A stretch of 64,000 nucleotides of DNA. It comes from Methanomassiliicoccales archaeon (GTDB taxonomy: Archaea > Thermoplasmatota > Thermoplasmata > Methanomassiliicoccales > JACIVX01). Location: contig JACIVX010000001.1 in NCBI GenBank assembly GCA_014361295.1, forward strand, positions 1,522,359 through 1,586,358, given 5' to 3'. Shown here one piece after another: positions 48,162-56,812 of the stretch. How positions within the stretch are numbered: position 1 is the stretch's first letter; each line of letters begins with the position of its first letter. The notes below the pieces were generated by a model, which saw nothing but the letters and a program-made list of their open reading frames with translations, had not been told where the DNA came from and did no database searches. Both the position numbers and the translations under genes were made by a program.

Positions 48162-49748
48162 TCAGACGACGGTGATCTTGCCATAGAGGGTTCTGCGTAT
48201 CTCTTCATAATGGGTTCGATAGTATCTGACCGCTGCTGGCATGAAGTTGAGGACATCCTGGGCCGTCATCCCATCCTGTCCGATCACTTCTGCGGCCATA
48301 TCGCCAGCGAGTCCGTGTATGAAAACGCCAGCTTTCACAGCTTCCTCGATCGGCAATCCAAGTCCGTACATCGCCGCGATGCTTCCCGTTAAAACATCGC
48401 CGCTGCCAGCTGTGGACATGCCTGAGTTGCCAGTCATGTTGATATAGACTCTGCCGTCCGGATAGCCTATAAATGAGATTCCTTCCTTCAGGACGATGAT
48501 CGCATTCAGATCCTTCGTCGTCCTCTGGACAATGCCTATCCTGTCTTTCCTGATTTCGGAAGTCTTTATGCCAGTGATTCTTGACATCTCGCCTGTATGA
48601 GGGGTAAGAATTGTTGTTGTTTTCCTCTTTCTAACGCAGTCGAGATTCTTTGTGACGGCCGTGATACCGTCGCCGTCGATGAGAAGGGGTTTTTCGATTC
48701 TTTCAGTTAGCCATCTTACCAGCTCCTGTGTCTCCTCGTTCAGCGAAAGACCTGGTCCGACGATCACCATATCCATCCTGTTTGCGAGCTCAAGTAATGA
48801 TTCCTTGTTCTCGAGTGCGATACTGCCGGTTTCGGTCTCTTTTTGAGGAATGATAACGATCTCGCTTCCCTTGCTGGCGATGAAGAATGATACGGAGATC
48901 GGTGTCGCGAGTCTTGAGTACCCTCCGCCAGCCTTGAGAAAGCTCATTGCTGAGAAATAAGGAGCACCGAGATACGCTCTGGCACCAGCAATGAACAGCA
49001 TCTCACCGAAAGTTCCTTTGTGCGCATCCTGTTTTCTCGATGGGATCTCTTGAGGGATGCTGATCTCGACCTTTATTGAATCGTCATTATAAAGTGCTGG
49101 AGGAAATGAAATATGCGAAACGAACAGCTTTCCTGAGTGTTCGTATCCCGGGTGAACGACATTGCCGATCTTCGGAAGACCGAATGTAATCGTGTAATTT
49201 GCTTTCACTGCAACCCCCATGACGAGTCCGCTATCCCCACTTATGCCAGATGGAATGTCAACGCTGAAAATCGGCTTCTTGCAGCGATTGATGAGTTCGA
49301 TGACTTCTTTGAAAATCCCCGTAACCTCTTTCGTAATACCGGTGCCGAGGATTGCATCGATGACTGCATCGCATTGTGCAATTGCCGAGGCAGCATCTTC
49401 AGCGGAGTTGATCACAACAATTTCCAAATTCCTTCGTTCGACCATTTCGAGGTTCTTTTTCGCAATCCCCTTGAATTCGTCTTTCTGGCGCAGCAGAAAT
49501 ACTTTGACTCTGCCTCCGCTTGAATCGATTTTTCTGGCAACAGCAAGACCGTCGCCACCGTTGTTGCCTGGACCGCAAAACACGACGAAATTCTTTCCCG
49601 CGACGCCATTCAATTCTCTCATAATGACTTCATAAACAGCAAGAGCTGCGTTCTCCATAAGTAGAAGCTCGTCAATCCCATATTTTTCAACGGCTTGTCG
49701 ATCCATTTCTCTCATTTGAGCCACGGTGGTTACTTTCATCCTTTCCAC
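48162..49748 (-). CDS. nnr: bifunctional NAD(P)H-hydrate repair enzyme (epimerase + ADP-dependent dehydratase)
   Basis: YjeF-N motif CGPGNNGGDGLAVAR and a C-terminal carbohydrate-kinase motif, GSGDVLTGSIAAM. 528 aa. Confidence 0.85.
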   Translation of the reverse strand: MERMKVTTVAQMREMDRQAVEKYGIDELLLMENAALAVYEVIMRELNGVAGKNFVVFCGPGNNGGDGLAVARKIDSSGGRVKVFLLRQKDEFKGIAKKNLEMVERRNLEIVVINSAEDAASAIAQCDAVIDAILGTGITKEVTGIFKEVIELINRCKKPIFSVDIPSGISGDSGLVMGVAVKANYTITFGLPKIGNVVHPGYEHSGKLFVSHISFPPALYNDDSIKVEISIPQEIPSRKQDAHKGTFGEMLFIAGARAYLGAPYFSAMSFLKAGGGYSRLATPISVSFFIASKGSEIVIIPQKETETGSIALENKESLLELANRMDMVIVGPGLSLNEETQELVRWLTERIEKPLLIDGDGITAVTKNLDCVRKRKTTTILTPHTGEMSRITGIKTSEIRKDRIGIVQRTTKDLNAIIVLKEGISFIGYPDGRVYINMTGNSGMSTAGSGDVLTGSIAAMYGLGLPIEEAVKAGVFIHGLAGDMAAEVIGQDGMTAQDVLNFMPAAVRYYRTHYEEIRRTLYGKITVV

Positions 49749-50117
49749 CCGCTAAAGTCATGTCTTTCTTACCTTAAGTAGAAACTGCTCCTCTCTTTTA
49801 GAATTCAAGAATTATTGAAAAAAATCATTTATCTCATCACAGCGTTCGACAACAAATTATTTTTAAATGAGCTAAGGAGATGCTCTCAGGATTTGCTTTC
49901 CTGGATTCGAGTAATTATTATCCCGATGTGGATAAAGATTTTCGTTTCGTAGTTATGAAGGCTCGAATTGTCGATTTAGAAAACTTATCCAACGAAATGG
50001 AATTCTGGGGATTGCAAATGTCATCATCCAATTGAAAAGGTGAAGGTCAACAACTGCAAATGAGAAAGATTCAACGAGGAGAGTGTGCATGATGATTCTA
50101 AAAGAGGAGGACTCGAG

Positions 50118-51224
50118 ATGAGTTCGATGCCCAATGAAGGTCTGCGTCGTCTTTCGGACAAGGAGATCGAACGGTACTCGCGCCAGATCGTTTTGGACAA
50201 GATCGGTTATCGCGGGCAGCGGCGGCTTATCGAAGCGAAGGTCTGCGTTGTGGGCCTAGGCGGTCTGGGATCCCCCGTCGTTTTTCAGTTAGCGGCGATG
50301 GGCATCGGTCATCTTCGTTTAGTCGACTGTGATGTCGTCGAGCTGTCGAACCTTCACCGGCAATACCTCTATGATGTTAACAACTTGGGTTATCCTAAAG
50401 TAGAAGTTGCGGCAAAAAAACTCCATGAGTTAAACCCAGAGATTAAGATTGAACCATTGACGGTTGCGGTGAATTCTGGCACGGCGGAAGACGTCATTAA
50501 AGGCATGGATGTTGTCGTAGACGGCTTGGATCGGATAACGCCGCGATATGCGATTAACAGAGCATGTATGAAAGCATCAGTTCCATATGTCTTCGGAGCG
50601 GCGATCATGACGTATGGCACCGTGAAGACTATAATTCCCCACGAGAGCGCATGTCTTGAATGCTTCCAGGGAGGTATCGAGGAGGAAAATGTTGAGAAAT
50701 GCGCAGTCGTCGGTGTTCACCCATCGGTGTTAGGAATCATTGCGAGTGTCGAAGTCTCAGAAGTTGTTAGGATTGCACTTGGAGAAAAGCCTCAGCTGGC
50801 TGACAAGCTGTTCTGTTGTGATATTTGGGACATGAAATTCGACGAGATAGAGATCCAAAGGTCTGAGGACTGTCGAGTCTGTGGATCCAAGTCATCTTCG
50901 CCGCCAGTGCTGTTGAAAGAGCCTATGGTTACGGAGCTCTGCGCAAGGGATGGGAAGAGAAGTCTCCTCATCGCACCGAGACACGATCTCAACCTCAACA
51001 TGAGGGAACTAAAGTCATACTTATTAGAAAAGAAAGCGGTGATCCAGATAAACGCAGAACTCGGTGTGACTTTCAGTCTTGATCCAGGCATAAAAGTCAG
51101 TTTTCTGAAGAGTGGGGTAGCGGTGATCGAAGGTATGGATGAGGTCGATAGTGCACTGGCCTTTTACGAGAAGATCATCATCGATGGGTTAGCGATTCCG
51201 AGGTCGCAAGTCTTTTATGATTGA
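50118..51224 (+). CDS. ThiF/MoeB/UbaA-type E1-like adenylyltransferase with extra C-terminal domain
   Basis: RYSRQI, GLGGLGSPVVFQLAAMGIGHLRLVDCDVVELSNLHRQ and Zn-type CLEC...CRVC, plus an unassigned C-terminal extension of about 110 aa. ATG 50118 is preceded by GGAGG; the track start at 50085 is a GTG. Confidence 0.8.
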   Translation: MSSMPNEGLRRLSDKEIERYSRQIVLDKIGYRGQRRLIEAKVCVVGLGGLGSPVVFQLAAMGIGHLRLVDCDVVELSNLHRQYLYDVNNLGYPKVEVAAKKLHELNPEIKIEPLTVAVNSGTAEDVIKGMDVVVDGLDRITPRYAINRACMKASVPYVFGAAIMTYGTVKTIIPHESACLECFQGGIEEENVEKCAVVGVHPSVLGIIASVEVSEVVRIALGEKPQLADKLFCCDIWDMKFDEIEIQRSEDCRVCGSKSSSPPVLLKEPMVTELCARDGKRSLLIAPRHDLNLNMRELKSYLLEKKAVIQINAELGVTFSLDPGIKVSFLKSGVAVIEGMDEVDSALAFYEKIIIDGLAIPRSQVFYD

Positions 51225-51385
51225 TCTGGCTGTTCGAATTTCGTTTGGAGCTTCAATGAGATTAACTGTTGGTTACGGTTGTCTACCATCTTGGATTAAG
51301 TGCAAGAATACTTGGCATGTTTTAATTTTGGCGAAATATCCGATCGAACTTCGAAATACCAATTGTCTAGAAGAAGACGGAAAAA

Positions 51386-51478
51386 TGGGCTCACCCGGAT
51401 TCGAACCGGGGAACTTCGCCGCTCTCAGTCATCAGATGACATGTGAGGGCGACGTCATAACCACTAGACCATGAGCCC
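51386..51478 (-). tRNA. tRNA-Val(CAC) with a 20-nt intron at 37/38
   Basis: Exons are identical to tRNA-Val(GAC) at 8691..8783 except positions 32 and 34 (loop CTCACA[intron]C). The intron TGTCATCTGATGACTGAGAG forms CTCA/TGAG and GTCA/TGAC helices (BHB-like). Confidence 0.9.
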
Positions 51479-51536
51479 AGAATCCGAAAAAGATCAATCT
51501 TCTATTAATGTTTGACGGTCTGCTTTATGCTGGCCA

Positions 51537-52253
51537 TCATTCAGTAATAACCTGAGTCGCCCTGAACACACCATCGCTAAAGAGCAGAGAGAAGTACCCT
51601 GTCTTATGGTTCGTACTTCTGATCTTAACCGCCCTAATCCTGCGCTGAATGTCAGTCTCGCCAATTTCCTGCAGTTTCAAGCTAATGACGCCATCCGCAA
51701 GATATCCCTCGTCATATTTGTTTTCAAGCATCTTCTCTGGAGAGGTCTCGGATATGAGGAATGAAGTTACACCAAGATTCCTCAGCCATTCGAAGAGATA
51801 GAAGAGCTCTGTACGCCGGTTTTCACCCATCTGGGCAGCCATTTCCAACACATCGAGGGAGTCCACCACAAGTAACTCGTACCCGATGCTCCGTTTGAGG
51901 CTATCCGCATACATTTTGAAGACTTGCAGCCAAGTCCCCTTCGCGCTCAACTGGGTTAGACTTTTCCTGATGAGTCCGAGGTCTAATATATGAATAAACT
52001 CTTTTGCCCTCTCGTCATCCATTCCCATACTTGTCATCTGCTGCATCAGATTGTCTTTCGATTGCTCAAGTGTCATATAGACGCTTTTGATTCCGTTTTG
52101 CAATGCGTTGTGATAAAGGATGCTATAGGCAAGGGAGGACTTCATCGTTCCGGGTGTGCCTGTGATCAAAACAACCTGCCCCTTTGGAATACCTCCCTGA
52201 AGATTCTCATCAAAATTGTGGATGAAAGTCCGGACCCTTTCAATATGCACCAT
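51537..52253 (-). CDS. single-domain KaiC-like/RecA-superfamily ATPase
   Basis: Walker A GTPGTMKSS, TLEQS and Walker B LLVVDSLD. 238 aa. A close paralog of the gene at 53868..54581. Confidence 0.8.
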   Translation of the reverse strand: MVHIERVRTFIHNFDENLQGGIPKGQVVLITGTPGTMKSSLAYSILYHNALQNGIKSVYMTLEQSKDNLMQQMTSMGMDDERAKEFIHILDLGLIRKSLTQLSAKGTWLQVFKMYADSLKRSIGYELLVVDSLDVLEMAAQMGENRRTELFYLFEWLRNLGVTSFLISETSPEKMLENKYDEGYLADGVISLKLQEIGETDIQRRIRAVKIRSTNHKTGYFSLLFSDGVFRATQVITE

Positions 52254-52332
52254 ACTTTTCCATCCCGCAGATAGCGATTACGACATCTGGAATATTTAAT
52301 CTTTCGTCACTATCTCACTCGCATCATTTATT

Positions 52333-53871
52333 TTAAGGGGAATCATGGCTGTTTACAATCGGCACAGATATGTTGAACCGCGACCCGTCATGCGAGAACG
52401 AAAAGAAGCGCGGATCGATGTTCGCGCCTCTCATCTTCATCACCCTTAACCAGCGCTGCATTCGTCCATGATCGAGTTCCTTCATATGGAGTTCGATCAC
52501 CCCATCAGCTAGATAAACCTCGCTCTCCACGTTTTCAAGCAGTGAAGTGATCGGTTTTTCGGAAATTACGAAGACGGTAATGTTTAGCGATTTGAACCAG
52601 TCGAAAAGATCCTTCAAATCCTGCCTTGTGAATTGATAATCAGCTAGCGACTTGAAAGACTCTAGTGAATCGAGCACAAATAGCTGAAAGTCCCATTCCT
52701 TCTTGACATTGCTTACATATCTCATAAGGATACTGCGCCAGTCACCTCTCTCCTTGGCCATCCGCTTGCGTAAATCAATCATATCCACAACCATCAGCCT
52801 GTCTCTCGATTGCTCTCTCGGCATCCCTAATCGTTCCATCTGTCGAATCAGCGATTCTCGGCTTTGTTCAAGTGAAAAATACATGCTGTTAATGTTATCC
52901 AGGACGGCGCAGTTGTGAAGGATCGCATAAGTGAGTGTCGATTTCATCGTGCCTGCCGAGCCGTTAACAAGGACAACACTGCCCTTCGGTATTCCCCCAT
53001 CGAGGGCCGCATCGAGCCTTTCGATATGCGTGCGGATTCTCACGTCGTCAGGCTTTTCTGGAAATCCGGCCCCGATCTGAACGTCGATTTCTTTCTTAAG
53101 CTCATCAATTATTTTACTAACATCCACAGTGCCAGCGACAATTTCTTTCGGCTCTTCGGTAATTCCTTTTTCAGCGGTTTTTGTCTCGCATGTAACCCTC
53201 CTTTCAAAAGAAGCCTCTGCTGCCCTCAGCTGTTGTTCAAGCTGCGAAAGCTTCTCAAACCTCTCTCGTAACTCCTCCTCCACCTGTTTTTTCATTCTGG
53301 CTAGTCCTTCTTCCAGCGCTTTTTGATAATCTTCTCTCAATGCGAGGAGTTTTTCAAATTCCTCTGTGCTGATTCTCATCTTCCTGCCAGAATCCGTCGA
53401 GATCTCGAGTTCCCTCATGCTTTTCTCAAGTTTTTCTGCAAGTGCATCGAGTTCCTTTTCCCTATCCCTTAGCACTTTTTCACGAGCGCGAAGCTCCGCT
53501 TCAAATTCCGTGCACCGCTTCATCGCTTCTTCCAGCGCACGATTATCTTTTTCGAGGGATTCGATCGCCTCCATCAATCGATTCTCTCTTTCCATCAGTT
53601 CCTTTTCCTTTTTGGTGATCTCCTTTTCCTTTTGGATCAACAGCTGCTTTTGTCTTGAAAGTGAAAGATATTCCGACTGTCCGAAGACAACAGGTATCTC
53701 TTCCTCACTGATGACCTTCTCAACAGTCACCGAAATTGGCAAAGTTTCTGATTGCGGCTCGATCGGCTTTAAAATCTCGCCGCATCGATCACATTGGATA
53801 TCATCAGGTTTGATGCCTGCACCGCATCTCGGGCATTCGTAGCGCTTTTTCATTGATTCACCAGGCCTCAT
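52333..53871 (-). CDS. zinc-ribbon + long coiled-coil + KaiC-like ATPase fusion protein
   Basis: N-terminal CPRCGAGIKPDDIQCDRCGE (CxxC-x10-CxxC), then about 200 aa of E/K/R/L-rich heptad-like sequence. The C-terminal ATPase has NGSAGTMKST, SLEQS and LFVLDSLE. ATGA overlap with the upstream gene. Confidence 0.8.
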   Translation of the reverse strand: MRPGESMKKRYECPRCGAGIKPDDIQCDRCGEILKPIEPQSETLPISVTVEKVISEEEIPVVFGQSEYLSLSRQKQLLIQKEKEITKKEKELMERENRLMEAIESLEKDNRALEEAMKRCTEFEAELRAREKVLRDREKELDALAEKLEKSMRELEISTDSGRKMRISTEEFEKLLALREDYQKALEEGLARMKKQVEEELRERFEKLSQLEQQLRAAEASFERRVTCETKTAEKGITEEPKEIVAGTVDVSKIIDELKKEIDVQIGAGFPEKPDDVRIRTHIERLDAALDGGIPKGSVVLVNGSAGTMKSTLTYAILHNCAVLDNINSMYFSLEQSRESLIRQMERLGMPREQSRDRLMVVDMIDLRKRMAKERGDWRSILMRYVSNVKKEWDFQLFVLDSLESFKSLADYQFTRQDLKDLFDWFKSLNITVFVISEKPITSLLENVESEVYLADGVIELHMKELDHGRMQRWLRVMKMRGANIDPRFFSFSHDGSRFNISVPIVNSHDSP

Positions 53872-54581
53872 TCGCTGATGACTTTTGTTACCTGGAATTT
53901 GTTACCGCTAAACAGCAAGGTGTAGTATGAAGGATCGTGATTCGTCTCTCTCATTTTAACGCATCGAATGCGCCTTTGAGTCTCTACATCTCTGACAACT
54001 TGCATTTTCAGGGTGATAACCCCATCAGAGAGATATCCTTCGCCAAATGTACCCTCGAGAATCTTCTCAGGCGAAGCCTCAGAAATCAGGAAAACGGTGG
54101 CGTTGAGTTCCTTCAGCCACTGGAACAAGTAGAAAAGCTCCGTCCTCCTGTTTGATATTTCCGACATCGTTTCAAGCACATCGAGCGAATCGATCGCTAG
54201 CAACTCGTATTTCAGATTTTCGCTCAAATTCTGCAGGTAAGCTTTGAAAACCTGAAGCCACGAACCGGCACCAGAGATTTGTCTTAATTTCTTTCTGATC
54301 AAGCTGAGGTCAAGAACATGCAACTTGTCCTTGACGGGCTCTGTTGGCATTCCCATTTTTTCCATCTGTCGAAGGAGGCTTTCCCGCGATTGCTCCAAGG
54401 TTACGTAAACGCCAGTTTTCCCATTTTCAAGCGCGTGATGATAAAGAATGTAATATGTGAGAGAGGACTTCATGGTTCCAGGGGTGCCAGCAATGAGAAC
54501 AATGTGTCCAGCGGGTATCCCACCCTCCAATATTTTGTCAAATCCGTCGACAAAGGTTCTGATCCTTTCGTTTGAACTCAA
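53868..54581 (-). CDS. single-domain KaiC-like/RecA-superfamily ATPase
   Basis: GTPGTMKSS, TLEQS and LLAIDSLD. 237 aa. First gene of the three-gene set. Confidence 0.8.
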   Translation of the reverse strand: MSSNERIRTFVDGFDKILEGGIPAGHIVLIAGTPGTMKSSLTYYILYHHALENGKTGVYVTLEQSRESLLRQMEKMGMPTEPVKDKLHVLDLSLIRKKLRQISGAGSWLQVFKAYLQNLSENLKYELLAIDSLDVLETMSEISNRRTELFYLFQWLKELNATVFLISEASPEKILEGTFGEGYLSDGVITLKMQVVRDVETQRRIRCVKMRETNHDPSYYTLLFSGNKFQVTKVISE

Positions 54582-54694
54582 TTGAACCCCTCCGAGCCGG
54601 CTCTCCGAACACCGTTCGGGCCGATCTATTTTCTTTCATACAGTGAATGATACTAAAAGATATTGGAACTTAGTATCACTCCTGATAACTCTCT

Positions 54695-55396
54695 TTAAAC
54701 CTCCCCCCTGATGACAACCCTTTTCACGTATGATTTCGCGACCTCGGCCATTTTTCTGATTTTCTCCGTAGAATATGGATTGAGTACCCTCAATCGCTCA
54801 TCAATCGTGTTCTTCGGGCGGAACTGCTGGAGTGCATACTTCTTTGCTCCACCGATGAACGCTGCGATCAATTCAATATCATTCTCATTAAGAAAAATTG
54901 GCACAACGGTCGTTCTGAATTCGTAATCGATCCCAGATTCCATAATCAGGGAGATCGATCTCTTTATCTCTTCGAGCGGTGCTTCGACACCGGAAACGTC
55001 ATTGTATTTATCGTTGAGCGGGGCTTTAATATCCATTGCAATGAAATCGAGAAGTTCGTCTTCAATCAACTCCTTGATCACCTCAGGTCGGCTCCCATTG
55101 GTGTCAAGCTTGATTTTCATTCCCAGACGGCGGAGCCATGTGATCAGTTCTCTCAGATCTTTGTGAATCGTTGGCTCGCCGCCAGTGATAACCACACCGT
55201 CGATAAAATCCTCGTTCGCTCTGATATACGATTCGATTTCCCCCCGAGAAATCTCCTCGAGGCTATCGGGATTGATAACGAGGTCCCTGTTGTGACAGGC
55301 AGGACAACGGAAATTACAGCCTGGAAGATAAATCGTTGAGGCGACGCAACCGTCCCAGTCGATCAACGACGTTTTTGAAAAGCCCACGATTTTCAT
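54695..55396 (-). CDS. radical SAM activase-like protein (NrdG/PflA-type)
   Basis: CNFRCPACHN (CxxxCxxC) near the N-terminus, GVVITGGEPT and 233 aa, typical of glycyl-radical-enzyme activase-like proteins. No NrdD or PFL gene in the window. Confidence 0.7.
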   Translation of the reverse strand: MKIVGFSKTSLIDWDGCVASTIYLPGCNFRCPACHNRDLVINPDSLEEISRGEIESYIRANEDFIDGVVITGGEPTIHKDLRELITWLRRLGMKIKLDTNGSRPEVIKELIEDELLDFIAMDIKAPLNDKYNDVSGVEAPLEEIKRSISLIMESGIDYEFRTTVVPIFLNENDIELIAAFIGGAKKYALQQFRPKNTIDERLRVLNPYSTEKIRKMAEVAKSYVKRVVIRGEV

Positions 55397-55510
55397 TGCC
55401 GATCTGAAATGAACATCAGGGATAAATTATTCTTGCCGTGGCATATCGCAGGAAAGATGAAAAATTGATAAAGAACTTTATTTTGCGTTGATATCTTCAT
55501 CTTGAAATCG

Positions 55511-56704
55511 ATGAAACTCCTGTCGGCCAAAGAGTGCATCGAGCGAAATTTGCGTGGACTGATCGATGGGAAATCGTCACGAATCGCGATTTACACTGGC
55601 GATGGGGCGTCACATTCATGGATTTGGCTCGTTGATTCGCTCGAAAATCTGGGTTATTACAATTTGAAATTTATCCAGAAGGAGGACATTTGTTCGGACA
55701 TCCCAGCGGATGTCCTCTTTATTTCTGGCGGAGATACTTTCGGCCTTGCGAATGCAATTGGATCAACTCGTCTACGCAGTCTGGAAGAATGGATCGTTCG
55801 TGGAGGACAATACATTGGGATCTGCGCCGGTGCCTATCTTCCTCTTCATTCTTCACTCGAGCCATTAAATCATTTCAATCTCGTTAAGGGAAGGATAACG
55901 AATCTAACTAGTAGCCTCGATAGCCGATTTTGTAACGGCGAAAGATTCGTGACGAAGTATGGCTGCTCGTACGTCTTTCAACCGGTGCGCGGACCATTAG
56001 TCGTCGAATGCCTTGGCACCGAGTTCACGGCACCTCTTTACGGTGGACCATGTTGGTATGATGTTTCAGACGCCGAGGTTCTAGCGTATTATCGATCTTT
56101 TACTGAGAAGACGATTTTTCTAGTTCCTGAAGAGATGGCTAGCCAGATCGTCATCGACAAGATTGCAGCATTAAGGAAATCCTATGGTAGAGGTACTCTC
56201 TACCTTTTTGGCCCGCATTTCGAATACCCTGGTAATCCGATGGGCGCCTCGGTGATCGGGAGCGCGATTAATAATGAAGAGGAATTCCGTAATCATCGAT
56301 ATTCTCTATCACAAAATATTGAGGTGGCCGGGATGCAGCCGATTTCAAGAGAACTCCGATCCGTCGTTTCATCGGCTAGGTTAATGTGCCTCGGAATGGG
56401 GGGGATGGAATGGAGAATCGGGAGGAAAATTTGGGACAATGAGCGTTTTGGCTACTTTCTTGATGGTGTATGGAAGCGATTGAGAAAAGCAACGGAAATC
56501 GATCTGCGAATTGAACAGCAGAATAAATTAATTGAAAGATTCAAGGAATGTATCTCTTTGATGCGCCAGATGAGGATAGAACGAGGAGGTACTCAAGGCA
56601 TGATGACCGCCGAGCAACTTCTGAGGGCTCTTTCATCTTCGTCTGCACAGTTCTTCAATTGCTATTTCGCATCGTTAAGACATCATTTAATAAAAAAAGG
56701 CTAA
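55511..56704 (+). CDS. class I glutamine-amidotransferase-like (BPL_N-like) domain protein with helical C-terminal domain
   Basis: RIAIYTGDGASHSW...DVLFISGGDTFG...GGQYIGICAGAYLP resembles the BPL_N/GATase1-like nucleophile-elbow pattern. The C-terminal ~170 aa are unassigned. Lies 108 nt upstream of hdrA on the same strand. Confidence 0.5.
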   Translation: MKLLSAKECIERNLRGLIDGKSSRIAIYTGDGASHSWIWLVDSLENLGYYNLKFIQKEDICSDIPADVLFISGGDTFGLANAIGSTRLRSLEEWIVRGGQYIGICAGAYLPLHSSLEPLNHFNLVKGRITNLTSSLDSRFCNGERFVTKYGCSYVFQPVRGPLVVECLGTEFTAPLYGGPCWYDVSDAEVLAYYRSFTEKTIFLVPEEMASQIVIDKIAALRKSYGRGTLYLFGPHFEYPGNPMGASVIGSAINNEEEFRNHRYSLSQNIEVAGMQPISRELRSVVSSARLMCLGMGGMEWRIGRKIWDNERFGYFLDGVWKRLRKATEIDLRIEQQNKLIERFKECISLMRQMRIERGGTQGMMTAEQLLRALSSSSAQFFNCYFASLRHHLIKKG

Positions 56705-56812
56705 AGGGACACATTGGGCTCAGTTGAAATCTATCATTTGATGGTGATCTCATTCGAATCAAAAAATTTTTCATCGATCGGCGCCTAACACGAGAGGTCG
56801 CGGGGTGCTGAT

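Noticed and set aside
51435-51454. tRNA-Val(CAC) intron containing CTGATGA directly followed by CTGA as an intron-encoded C/D box sRNA
   Set aside because: The intron is only 20 nt and the two boxes abut. There is no room for a guide, and the boxes cannot form a kink-turn. The motif is explained by the BHB helices.
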